This document shows, piece after piece, positions 39,367 through 48,952 of a stretch of DNA of 64,000 nt. Source of the stretch: Limnothrix sp. BL-A-16 (GTDB taxonomy: Bacteria > Cyanobacteriota > Cyanobacteriia > CACIAM-69d); NCBI GenBank assembly GCA_041937175.2, contig CP166615.1, positions 2,048,001 through 2,112,000 of the forward strand. The letters are read 5' to 3'. Within the stretch, counting starts at the first letter, position 1; each line of letters begins with the position of its first letter. Made by a program: the position numbers and the translations under genes. Under the pieces are notes generated by a model that was not told the DNA's origin, ran no database searches, and saw only the letters and a list, made by a program, of their open reading frames with translations.

Positions 39367-42300
39367 CGCTCGTTGAGGGGTGGGAGGTTGTTGACGATCG
39401 CGACGGTTTCCAAACTGACGCGGACGATGCGTTTTAGGAGATCGATGATGTAGTGGGGGTCGTCGCTCCAGTGGTTGGGATTGTTGGTGATGCCGCTGTC
39501 TTTGTCTTTGGTGATTTGGTAGCGTTCCATGATCCATTCGATCGCGGATCGATCGCACACTTTGTACTCATAGGCGGCGAGGGGAATGCCGATCAGTTTG
39601 ATTTTGTGGTTATAGATAATCGTGGTTTTATCGATTTGTTTGTTGTGGCGGCCGAAGGTCATTTTGGTGACTTGATAATCGTCGGCTTCGACAAAGAGGG
39701 TTTCTTTGAGTTCGTCGATCGGGTAAGGTTCGATCGCCTCATAATTCAGATGCCAATGGGCGAGTTGGCGACCGGCGCGGCTGAAGGCCCAAAAGTCGGC
39801 GGCGAAGGGAATCCGGGGCAACATTTTCTTCAGGTCGGCGGCGAACCGGGTTTTATATTCGGGGCTGTGGAGGATGCCGTAGACGTAATAGAAAATGTCT
39901 TCTTTGGTGATTTTGGGGTCGCGATAGGTGGTTTGGAAGTCGTGCAAAATCGCGTCGGGAATGTTGTCGTTGCGGCGATAGTCGCTTTGGTTGGAATCGG
40001 CGGTTTGGAAGAGTTCGCCGAGGTCGGTGTTTTTGGTATAGGTGTAGAGGGGAAAATACTGAGTTTTTGAGAGAATATCATCAGCGACAGTATTAACAAT
40101 CAAAGCTGAGTAATCTCTTTGTGCTCCTGCTCCCGTTACGCAAATTGCCACGTTTTCCAGAGGGGCGATCGGGAAAATCTTCGGCATTTGGTAAACCATG
40201 TCATTCCAATGCTTATTGAAATAAACCCATTGTTTACAATACGGTCGATAGATTCCTGAAACCACTGAATCAGATTCAAGGCGATAGGTTCTAAGCTTGC
40301 TTAGATCACTTTTCAGTCCACGCGACCAGTTGATTTTACTGGAATCAGTCACAATGAAATGATCAATGGTCGGTTTTTCGCCTTGGATCGCTTGATACTG
40401 CTCAACCTGTTGATTGTAAAAATCAATCATGCGGCTCATATTATTGGCAACCGCATCACGCGAGAAGTTATAGCACCAAGCATCTCGACTGGTTGCAACT
40501 CCTCGTGAATACACATCAAAGATGGTTTTTGCTGTGGCATCTTTTTTGTCACCCATGGAAAGGAACGCATCAAACACTGGATTGCGTTGATTAATCCAAT
40601 CGTGGCTGTCGTTGGGTGTGATGGTTTGCCAATTAATCCCAGAAATGTCGCCAAAATCTTGAATGATTTTCAGCTTTTCTTCGCGGCTGAGATAATCGCC
40701 AATATCGTGATAGAAAACCTGACAAGCTCCCGAATGCTCGGGATTTTTAATCAACAAACTAATTGCGACATTTGTTCTTGTTCCTTCACCAAAAACACTC
40801 CCCTTTTCCATGCGACGCTGCTCGCCTGATGTTCTCGCGTTGCCTCGCAAATTAAAGACATAAACCTTACTAAATTCATCCGTTAAACATTTTCGCAATC
40901 CATCCATTGCGTTGTTGTCGATAAACGAACCATTCGAGACAAAGCAAACAATTCCCTGATCTTGAAGGCGATCACTCGCCCAACGAATCGCCCGAATATA
41001 GGAATCATAAAGACTATTTTTATTCGTCGCGCTGGAATATTTTGCATAAGTCTCGGTAATCCGACCATCCAATGCGTCATATTTCAGATTCTTGTTATTC
41101 TCATTCTCACTGCCCTGACCCGCTGAATAGGGCGGATTGCCAATAATCACCCGAATATCGCGCCCTTTCTGCGCCTTCACCCGTTGATTATTTTCAGGAA
41201 ACATCAAATCTTCCAACGTTCCCGCCGTCTCAAACATTTGGAACGTATCCGTCAAAACAATCCCATTAAACGGTTGATAGGCTCCACCGCTCAACCCGTG
41301 AAACGTTTCCTCAATGTTGATCGCCGCAATGTAATAGGCCAACAACACAATTTCATTGGCGTGTAACTCACCCGTAAACTTCCGCGCCAAATCCTCCCGC
41401 CGAATCAAACCACTTTGCAACAACCGCACCATAAACGTGCCCGTGCCCGTAAACGGATCGAGCACATGCACCCCCTGATCCGTCAACCCCACCCCAAATT
41501 CCTGCTTCAGGGCCTGGTCGGCACTGTGAATAATGAAATCCACCACCTCAACCGGCGTGTAGACAATTCCCAGGCGATCGGACATACGCGGAAACGCATT
41601 CCGAAAAAACTTGTCGTATAACTCCAAAACAACCGTTTGCTTGCCCGCCGCATTGTCGATTTTGCTCGCCCGCTGCCGCACACTGTCGTAAAACTTTGCC
41701 AGTTTTGCCGTGTCCTTTTGCAACGATTCGCGCTCCAGCAAATCCAGCATTTTTTGCATCGCGATCGACACCGGATTTTGTTCCGTAAACGCATAGCCCT
41801 CAAACAACGCATCAAACACCGGCTTCGTGATCAAATGTTGCGCCAACATCTCGATCGCATCCAGTTCCGACACATTGGGATTCAGGTTTTCGCGCAGACC
41901 CGCCAAAAATTCCTCAAAGGCCCGGCGATGGTCCCGATCGGCCCGTTCAATTAACCCCTTGATCCGCGAAATATGCCGATCGGCAATTTGCGCCACATCC
42001 GCCGCCCACTGTTCCCAATAGCGGCGATCGCCACACTTCTGGACAATCTTGGCGTAGATCGCATTTCGCCACTCCTCCAAATCCGGGAAATTCAGCGATA
42101 GTTGCGTCGTTTTGCCGCCACCTCCGGCCGGGCGATCGCCAATCACCTCCAACTCGCCCGATTCCCCCATCCCCACCCCAATCACACCAATTTGCGCCGG
42201 TTTCGATTGGTTCAGCTCCAACTTATTCACCGTCGCATTGAAGCGATCGTCGTGAGCCCGCAACGCCTGCAACACCTCCCACACCACCGCATAGCGCTTG

Positions 42301-44183
42301 TTGTCCTTCAGCGCTTCCTCGGGCGTGATCCCCGCCGGAATCCCGATCGGCAAAATGATGTAGCCATACTTTTTGCCGGTCGCCAGCCGCATCACCCGCC
42401 CCACCGACTGCACCACATCCACCACCGACCCGCGCGGCGACAAAAACATCACCGCATCCAACGCGGGCACATCCACCCCCTCCGACAAACAGCGCACATT
42501 CGACAAAATGCGGCAAACATTCCCCTCGCCGCTGGTGTCCGCCTTCAGCCAATCCAACTTGGCGTGGCGCTCCAGCATGTTTTGCTTGCTGTCCACATGG
42601 TCGAGCTGGCAATCCAACAGCGCTTCATCGTCCGGGTGCGTGCGCTTGTATTCGCTCACCATGGCCGAAAACATCCGCACGATCGCCTCAGATTTCACGA
42701 TCGACGGCGCAAAAGCCACCGCCCGCCGCATTGGCTCGCGATCGGCGCTAGTGTACCCATCGGTCTCCGCTTCTTCCCCGTCTCCTGCGATCCGCTTGGC
42801 CAAACCGTTCCAACAACCCGCGATCTTGACCGCATCCTCTAGCTTCAGTTCATTGTTCTCGTCAGCCAACTGGTGCTGAAAGGCTTGGCTCACGGCCTTT
42901 TCGTCCACCGCCAACACCATCACGCGGTAGTCTGCCAACAACCCCTGGGCCACCGCGTCCCCAAACCCCAGCCGATAGAACTCCGAGCCGTAGAGCGCCT
43001 CATCATCCATCGAACAGAGCACAATATTGTTCTCTTTCGCCGTCGTTTTGGCATTGTCGCCATACAAACGCGGTGTAGCGGTCATATACAACCGTTTGCG
43101 CGCCTGGATGAACTGGTTGTCGTGAATCCGCACAAAATAGGATTCTTCCTTGCCCGCGATCGTCGCCCCCGTCGTCCGGTGAGCCTCGTCGCACAAAATC
43201 AAATCAAACTCGCCCAAGCCCTCCCGCAACTGCTGGGCCTCGGCGATCGCCTGCAACGATTGATAGGTCGAAAACACCACCAATAGATCGCACTGGCCCG
43301 ACGCGGCGATCGCCTGGGCCTGCTGGGCAATCACCGCCGGATCGGTCGTCGCCGGTAGGGCCAAATCCTGGGCGCTCATGTCCTCGCTGTCGGTTTTGCC
43401 CTTGCTGGCCTTCGCATCGGAACAGACCGCAATGCTTTGGAGCTTCACCGCCGTTTCCGCCGACCACTCCCGCAACGTTTGCGACAACAGGGCGATCGAC
43501 GGCACCAAAAACAACACCCGCGCCGGTTGGCCCTGGCCCCGACTGCCCACAAATCCTTCAGCGATTTTCAGGCCCGTGAAGGTCTTGCCCGTGCCGCAAG
43601 CCATGATCAATTTGCCCCGATCGGCACTGCCAAACCCGGCCATCACCTGGGCGATCGCCTCCTCTTGGTGGGGGCGCGGCGTTTTCTTGGGTTTCAGGGT
43701 CAGGGCGATCGCCTTGCCCCGACTGCTGAACTGGCCCCAATCGATCGCGCTTTCTTCCAAATCCCGCAGGCTCAACCGCGTTACGGGGATTTGCTGATTT
43801 TTCAGGGCCGCTTCGGCGTGCTTCGTCCACTTGTCCGTGGTGGAAGCAATGATCCGGCTGCTAAATTCCTTCGTGCCCGACGCGGTGAAAAACGAGTCAA
43901 TATCGCTCTTGTCGAGATAGTGATTGAAGTCGTAGAACTTGCACTGAATCGCGCAATAGTCCCCCGTGGCCCGCTCCTGAGCTACTAAATCGATCCCCGT
44001 GTCCGGTCTGCCATTGCGCCGGGGCCAATCCATCCACATCCACACATTCGAGAACCGTTCGTAATAAAGCGGCTCCTTGCGCAGGTAGCTCAACATCAAC
44101 AATTCAAAGCGATCGCCCAGGTCTCGGGTGGAACTGGCGGCGGCTTGGAATTCTTGAAGGATGCTGCGAAGGGTGGTAGCCAT
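39363..44183 (-). CDS. Type ISP single-polypeptide restriction-modification enzyme (LlaGI/LlaBIII-like)
   Basis: Mrr-type nuclease E..D..QCK; SF2 motifs MACGTGKT, DEAH and QSVGRVMR; N6-MTase motifs LDPFTGTG and NPPY; C-terminal TRD; 1606 aa. Confidence 0.93.
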   Translation of the reverse strand: MATTLRSILQEFQAAASSTRDLGDRFELLMLSYLRKEPLYYERFSNVWMWMDWPRRNGRPDTGIDLVAQERATGDYCAIQCKFYDFNHYLDKSDIDSFFTASGTKEFSSRIIASTTDKWTKHAEAALKNQQIPVTRLSLRDLEESAIDWGQFSSRGKAIALTLKPKKTPRPHQEEAIAQVMAGFGSADRGKLIMACGTGKTFTGLKIAEGFVGSRGQGQPARVLFLVPSIALLSQTLREWSAETAVKLQSIAVCSDAKASKGKTDSEDMSAQDLALPATTDPAVIAQQAQAIAASGQCDLLVVFSTYQSLQAIAEAQQLREGLGEFDLILCDEAHRTTGATIAGKEESYFVRIHDNQFIQARKRLYMTATPRLYGDNAKTTAKENNIVLCSMDDEALYGSEFYRLGFGDAVAQGLLADYRVMVLAVDEKAVSQAFQHQLADENNELKLEDAVKIAGCWNGLAKRIAGDGEEAETDGYTSADREPMRRAVAFAPSIVKSEAIVRMFSAMVSEYKRTHPDDEALLDCQLDHVDSKQNMLERHAKLDWLKADTSGEGNVCRILSNVRCLSEGVDVPALDAVMFLSPRGSVVDVVQSVGRVMRLATGKKYGYIILPIGIPAGITPEEALKDNKRYAVVWEVLQALRAHDDRFNATVNKLELNQSKPAQIGVIGVGMGESGELEVIGDRPAGGGGKTTQLSLNFPDLEEWRNAIYAKIVQKCGDRRYWEQWAADVAQIADRHISRIKGLIERADRDHRRAFEEFLAGLRENLNPNVSELDAIEMLAQHLITKPVFDALFEGYAFTEQNPVSIAMQKMLDLLERESLQKDTAKLAKFYDSVRQRASKIDNAAGKQTVVLELYDKFFRNAFPRMSDRLGIVYTPVEVVDFIIHSADQALKQEFGVGLTDQGVHVLDPFTGTGTFMVRLLQSGLIRREDLARKFTGELHANEIVLLAYYIAAINIEETFHGLSGGAYQPFNGIVLTDTFQMFETAGTLEDLMFPENNQRVKAQKGRDIRVIIGNPPYSAGQGSENENNKNLKYDALDGRITETYAKYSSATNKNSLYDSYIRAIRWASDRLQDQGIVCFVSNGSFIDNNAMDGLRKCLTDEFSKVYVFNLRGNARTSGEQRRMEKGSVFGEGTRTNVAISLLIKNPEHSGACQVFYHDIGDYLSREEKLKIIQDFGDISGINWQTITPNDSHDWINQRNPVFDAFLSMGDKKDATAKTIFDVYSRGVATSRDAWCYNFSRDAVANNMSRMIDFYNQQVEQYQAIQGEKPTIDHFIVTDSSKINWSRGLKSDLSKLRTYRLESDSVVSGIYRPYCKQWVYFNKHWNDMVYQMPKIFPIAPLENVAICVTGAGAQRDYSALIVNTVADDILSKTQYFPLYTYTKNTDLGELFQTADSNQSDYRRNDNIPDAILHDFQTTYRDPKITKEDIFYYVYGILHSPEYKTRFAADLKKMLPRIPFAADFWAFSRAGRQLAHWHLNYEAIEPYPIDELKETLFVEADDYQVTKMTFGRHNKQIDKTTIIYNHKIKLIGIPLAAYEYKVCDRSAIEWIMERYQITKDKDSGITNNPNHWSDDPHYIIDLLKRIVRVSLETVAIVNNLPPLNER

Positions 44184-44357
44184 GGGCGGGCGCTCGATCG
44201 GTCAATCAATACGTCAATATAATGCGTCGATACAAGGCATCGATAGGCGCATCAACTTATACAAAGGTTACTCGATATGATCGAAGAATTCAGGTGAGGA
44301 AATCTTTCATTTTTGTAAAATTCGTCTATCCAAGCAGTCACCATTCTTGATTAATTC

Positions 44358-44453
44358 GTAAGAGTTTTTCGTAAATCAGCGATCGATTAGACATAGAAAA
44401 TCAGATATAAATTGCGTCGCGATCGATCCGGCGTTTTAGGTAGGGATTCATGC
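44358..44453. repeat. 96-bp imperfect direct repeat, copy 2 (remnant of an mntA-hepT junction)
   Basis: On the minus strand encodes MNPYLKRRIDRDAIYI* then MSNRSLIYEKLL; exactly 5400 bp from copy 1. Confidence 0.92.
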
Positions 44454-44468
44454 AAGGATATTGATATT

Positions 44469-46001
44469 CTATTCATTCAATAATTGCTGTTGGCGATGCC
44501 AGGCAACAGAGAGGGCGCGGATTGCGGCCATTTCTTCGGCGGGGATTTTTTCCAGATGCTTCAAAATTAGGCTCATGCGCCCCTGCGATCGCAATTTGCT
44601 CTCGTGCCGCGCCAGGAAATCCCAATAGAAAAAGTTAAATGGACAAGCTTTTGGCCCCGTGCGATCGCGCGGACTATAACGACAACCTTTGCAATAATCA
44701 CTCATCCGATTGATGTAGTTCGCTGAGGCGGCATAGGGCTTGGAAGCCAACAAGCCCCCATCGGCAAATAGCCCCATACCCATCACATTGGTTTGCATCA
44801 CCCAATCGTAGGCATCAATAAAAACCGCGTGGAACCAGTTCTCCACTTCCTGGGGATTCAGACCCGCAATCAGGGCAAAGTTCGACAACACCATGAGCCG
44901 CTGAATGTGGTGAGCATAGCCGGTGCGATCGACCTGTTGCAGCACCTGGCGCAGGCAGTTCATATCAGTGTTGCCGTCCCAAAACCACTGGGGCAGAGCG
45001 TGTTGGTGGCCAAACCAGTTGCGATCGGGGTAGGGCGGTTCCTCGTCAGCTTTCAGCACTTGCAGGTAGATGCCGCGCATGTATTCTCGCCAGCCCAGCA
45101 CTTGCCGAATGAAGCCTTCAACGCTGGCGATCGGCAGACCCCGATCGCGCCAGGCCTTTTCGGCGGCAAAGATCACCTCACGCGGATGCAGCAAGCCGAG
45201 GTTGAGGTAGGGCGAGAGCAGGGCGTGCCACAGGGTGTCTTGGCCCGTCACCATCGCATCTTGGTAGGGGCCAAAGGTGCGGAGCCGGTGGGCGATGAAG
45301 TGGTCGAGCACGTCGAGGGCACGCGATCGGGTGGTGGCCCAGCGGAAGGAGTCGATCGATCCGTAGGTGGGCAAATCGAGCGATCGCACCTTTTCGATCA
45401 CCGTCAGCACAATTTCATCGGGCGCAAATTCCAGCGGTGTGGGCGGATGTAGCGGCCCCTTGGGGGGTTGGCGGTTGTCCTTGTCAAAGTTCCACTGGCC
45501 GCCGACGGGCTTGGAACCTTCCATCAAAATTTGGAATCGTTTGCGCCCTTCCCGATAGAAATCTTCCATGAGGAAGCGTTTTCGGCTGCCAAACCAGTTG
45601 GCTAGCTCTGTCTCGCTCCAGAGAAATTGGTTATTGGGGATTTGTTCCAGTTTGCAGGGCAAATCGAGCTGATTCAGGGTTTGCTGAAAGGGCCGATCAA
45701 CCGGAGCCATCACCAACAGCCGATCAATTTGGTGCTTGATCACCCAGGCGCGTAGGGGTGTGGCGAAATCTTCTGCCTCGGCCCAGGTGGCGGGCCAGCC
45801 CATATCCTGCAACTCCCGCACAAAGTGGCGCATGGCCGACCAAACCAGCACCAATTTTTGGGCATGGTAGGGCCGTTGGCGCACATGAGCCAGGGACTCG
45901 ATCGCGATTACCGGAACCCGCGCCCGATCGCCCGCACAGGCCACCAACGCCGCTTGCTCGTGCCACAGTTGATCGCCCAAAATCCACACCCCCGTTTTCA
46001 T
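44469..46001 (-). CDS. FeS-containing bacterial cryptochrome/(6-4) photolyase (PhrB/CryB class)
   Basis: WILGDQL, GGQWNFDKDNR and YAHHIQRLMV; four FeS Cys (MNCL, YCKGC, ACPF). Confidence 0.9.
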   Translation of the reverse strand: MKTGVWILGDQLWHEQAALVACAGDRARVPVIAIESLAHVRQRPYHAQKLVLVWSAMRHFVRELQDMGWPATWAEAEDFATPLRAWVIKHQIDRLLVMAPVDRPFQQTLNQLDLPCKLEQIPNNQFLWSETELANWFGSRKRFLMEDFYREGRKRFQILMEGSKPVGGQWNFDKDNRQPPKGPLHPPTPLEFAPDEIVLTVIEKVRSLDLPTYGSIDSFRWATTRSRALDVLDHFIAHRLRTFGPYQDAMVTGQDTLWHALLSPYLNLGLLHPREVIFAAEKAWRDRGLPIASVEGFIRQVLGWREYMRGIYLQVLKADEEPPYPDRNWFGHQHALPQWFWDGNTDMNCLRQVLQQVDRTGYAHHIQRLMVLSNFALIAGLNPQEVENWFHAVFIDAYDWVMQTNVMGMGLFADGGLLASKPYAASANYINRMSDYCKGCRYSPRDRTGPKACPFNFFYWDFLARHESKLRSQGRMSLILKHLEKIPAEEMAAIRALSVAWHRQQQLLNE

Positions 46002-46119
46002 GGGGATGCTCAATTGCTGGAGTTCCGCACCCATTAAGCCCTACCGATTTCTGACGGATTCTCGACCGATTTCTATTGCTTGACTGATTTCTACTGCTTG
46101 TGCGCCTAAGCATGTACGC

Positions 46120-46461
46120 CTAAGCATCGGTGGGCCGATCGCCCCGGCTCCCCTGCACCCAAAGCTGCACCATCAGCGCCAACAACCCCAGGGCCACAAA
46201 GCTAAAGACAAAGGTTCCCAGGGTGCCCACCCCGACCACCAAGGTGCGCACCGCACCGCCAATGCTGAGGGTGAGACGGTTGGTGCTGGTGATGGGGTGA
46301 GCGGCAAAAGTTTGGGCAATTTTATAGGTCAGTGCGCCGGCTCCCACCGCGATCGCCGCCGAAATTCCGGAACCCCCCAGGCAATCCAGGGGTGAGGGCA
46401 TTTTCTTGGCGGGAGTTTCGGGGGTGGTTTTGCTGGTTTTGGGGTTGGGTTTGGAGGTCAT
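46120..46461 (-). CDS. DUF3082-like small membrane protein
   Basis: PLDCL.G...IAQTFA..P...AVRTLVVG pattern; two TM helices. Confidence 0.7.
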   Translation of the reverse strand: MTSKPNPKTSKTTPETPAKKMPSPLDCLGGSGISAAIAVGAGALTYKIAQTFAAHPITSTNRLTLSIGGAVRTLVVGVGTLGTFVFSFVALGLLALMVQLWVQGSRGDRPTDA

Positions 46462-47120
46462 GGCAAGGCGGCGCTAAACGCTGACTCCCCTTAATTTACA
46501 GCCGATCGGGTCGTTCCCACCGCGCAAAGGCAGATCCCGGGGCGATCGGGGCAGTTTCCCCTTCAGCCGCATCAGTGCAGAGTGAATTGGGGTGAATTCA
46601 AGGCGATCGGGGGCGATTTGGAGCCAGTCGGCAACCCATTCTCTCCCTGATGACTGGGTTACTTCCCCTGGCTCGTTACAAGCCAGTTGTAGAACTTCAT
46701 GAAGAAATTCATAAACTTCATAAACTTCTTCATGGGATTAAAAAGAGATCAAACATTTATTTTGGTATTTTCGGGATCATGCTCCCGCATCATCAACCAC
46801 CTTGAGCATTTGATCCCTATTTTTACTTAGTGATTCCCTAAAGGTGTTCTTAAGAATTGCTGGAATAAAGTCAGTGCAAAATTCTTTTCTCTGATGAAGC
46901 AGTTTTGACGATGATTGTTTTTCTTCAAAGCAAGGGAAAAGCTTATCTCCAAAGGCGATGAGCGTTCTTTGGAAAGCCCGTGAAATTGCAACAAATTCCT
47001 TTAGGCAAGTTGTTATAAATGTCATCACTCGATCGCGCGATCGATAAGACAAGTTGAAAATTCCGATCGCAACCGGGGGATCGGCCTAGGATGCAAGCAG
47101 TTGCGCGGAAGCGAACGCGT

Positions 47121-48293
47121 ATGAAAGTTGCGGTTGTGAAAGAAGTGGCGCTGGATGAACGGCGCGTGGCCCTGGTTCCCGACGTGGTAGCTCGTTGGGT
47201 CAAAAAAGGGCTAGCGATTGTCGTTGAAGCCGGCGCGGGAGAACGCGCAGGATTTACGGATTCGGCCTATGAAGCGGCGGGTGCAACAGTGACGAGCGAT
47301 CGCGCTCAACTGTGGCAAACGTCGGATTTGGTGACGAAGGTTTTGCCCCCCACCGATGAGGAACTGGGTTGGCTGAAGTCGGGATCGATGTTGATGGGCT
47401 TTTTGGAGCCGCTCGATCGCCCTCAGTCCATCAAAACCCTGACAGAACGGGGTATCACAGCGATTTCCCTAGAATTCGTGCCTCGCAGCACCCGTGCTCA
47501 GGTGGCGGATGCCCTTTCGTCTCAGGCCAACGCAGCCGGCTACAAAGCTGTGCTGTTGGCGGCGGCGGCCCTGCCCAAATATTTCCCCATGTTGACCACA
47601 GCGGCGGGAACCATCCCGCCGGCCAAGGTGCTGGTGTTGGGTGTGGGTGTGGCCGGGTTGCAGGCGATCGCCACCGCCCGCCGATTGGGGGCCGTGGTGG
47701 AAGCCTTTGACATCCGCCCGGAAACCCGCGACGAGGTGCAAAGCCTCGGGGCCCGGTTTGTGGAGATGAAGATCGAGGAAGAAACCAGCGGGCAAAACGG
47801 TTATGCCAAAGCGGTTTCCGATAATTTGCAAGCTCGGATCCAAGCCACCGTGGCTGAACGGGCGATCGGGGCCGACGTGGTGATCACCACCGCCAAAATT
47901 CCCGGCCGCCGTGCCCCGATCATGATCACCGCCGACACCGTGGCCCAAATGAAGCCCGGTTCCGTGATTGTGGACTTGGCCGCAGAACAGGGCGGTAACT
48001 GTGAATGCAGTCAGCCGGGCCATGACCATGTGGTGAATGGGGTGCAAATTTTGGCCCCGATGCACTTGGCCGGCACGGTCACCACCCACGCCAGTATGCA
48101 ATACGCCAAAAACTGTTCGGCCCTGTTGGACTGGTTGATCAAAGATGGGCAACCGGTGTTCAACTTTGCTGACGACATTTTGGACGCGGTTTGCATCACC
48201 CACGGTGGCGAAATTCGCAACGATCGGGTGCGAAATTTGGTCGCTACTCTCTCAGAAACCCCTTCGGCTGAATCAATGGTGTTGGCCTCATGA
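47121..48293 (+). CDS. pntA: NAD(P) transhydrogenase alpha subunit part 1 (domain I)
   Basis: ERRVALVP, LSSQANAAGYKAV, GVGVAGLQA and DLAAEQGGNC. Confidence 0.95.
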   Translation: MKVAVVKEVALDERRVALVPDVVARWVKKGLAIVVEAGAGERAGFTDSAYEAAGATVTSDRAQLWQTSDLVTKVLPPTDEELGWLKSGSMLMGFLEPLDRPQSIKTLTERGITAISLEFVPRSTRAQVADALSSQANAAGYKAVLLAAAALPKYFPMLTTAAGTIPPAKVLVLGVGVAGLQAIATARRLGAVVEAFDIRPETRDEVQSLGARFVEMKIEEETSGQNGYAKAVSDNLQARIQATVAERAIGADVVITTAKIPGRRAPIMITADTVAQMKPGSVIVDLAAEQGGNCECSQPGHDHVVNGVQILAPMHLAGTVTTHASMQYAKNCSALLDWLIKDGQPVFNFADDILDAVCITHGGEIRNDRVRNLVATLSETPSAESMVLAS

Positions 48294-48568
48294 GTGAAAC
48301 CTTGGTAACGGGTTTGGTGGTGTTTGTTTTGGCCTCCTTTGTGGGGTTTGAAATCATCAACAAAGTGCCGCCCACGCTTCACACCCCTTTGATGTCCGGT
48401 GCGAATGCTATTTCGGGAATTGCTGTCGTGGGGGCAATTTGGGCCGGCGGCGCAGCACAACTCAGTGGCCCCACCATTCTGGGTCTGGTGGCCATTGTGC
48501 TGGCCATGGTGAACGTGGTTGGTGGCTTTTGGGTGACCGATCGAATGCTGCAAATGTTTAAGAAATAG
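48290..48568 (+). CDS. pntA: NAD(P) transhydrogenase alpha subunit part 2 (membrane)
   Basis: VPPTLHTPLMSGANAISG and GGFWVTDRMLQMFK; ATGA overlap with part 1. Confidence 0.95.
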   Translation: MSETLVTGLVVFVLASFVGFEIINKVPPTLHTPLMSGANAISGIAVVGAIWAGGAAQLSGPTILGLVAIVLAMVNVVGGFWVTDRMLQMFKK

Positions 48569-48952
48569 CCTGACAGCCACTGGAAAAGCGCTTGAAAAAG
48601 GCTTGAACTTAAAAGGCTCGAAGACAACCTGAGAAGCAACCTCCAAATTTCCCTGCAATGACCCTTTCCTAAACCGATCGACTGACTCGATTGTCCAGCC
48701 GTTCCATCGCCCAATGGCTATTTTTCATCTTCAAAATGGGCAAGCGATCGAGAGCAAAGGCCAATCGAAGTCAGCCGGTACAAAGTCAGGATGCAATTGA
48801 GGGTTTGATGCAGGGGATCGCCAAAGGTTGAATTCTGGGGTTCAATTCCAGAGTTGAATTCAAGACTTCACTCAACGCTTCATTCAACGCTTGGCTCAAT
48901 GAAAGGCTGGAATTTTGAAGCATCCTGAGACCAAAGGGCGAGGACATAAGGA

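Noticed and set aside
48569..48952. 384-bp gap between pntA part 2 and pntB as a hidden gene or riboswitch
   Set aside because: Only short degenerate repeats; no credible ORF or recognisable RNA motif
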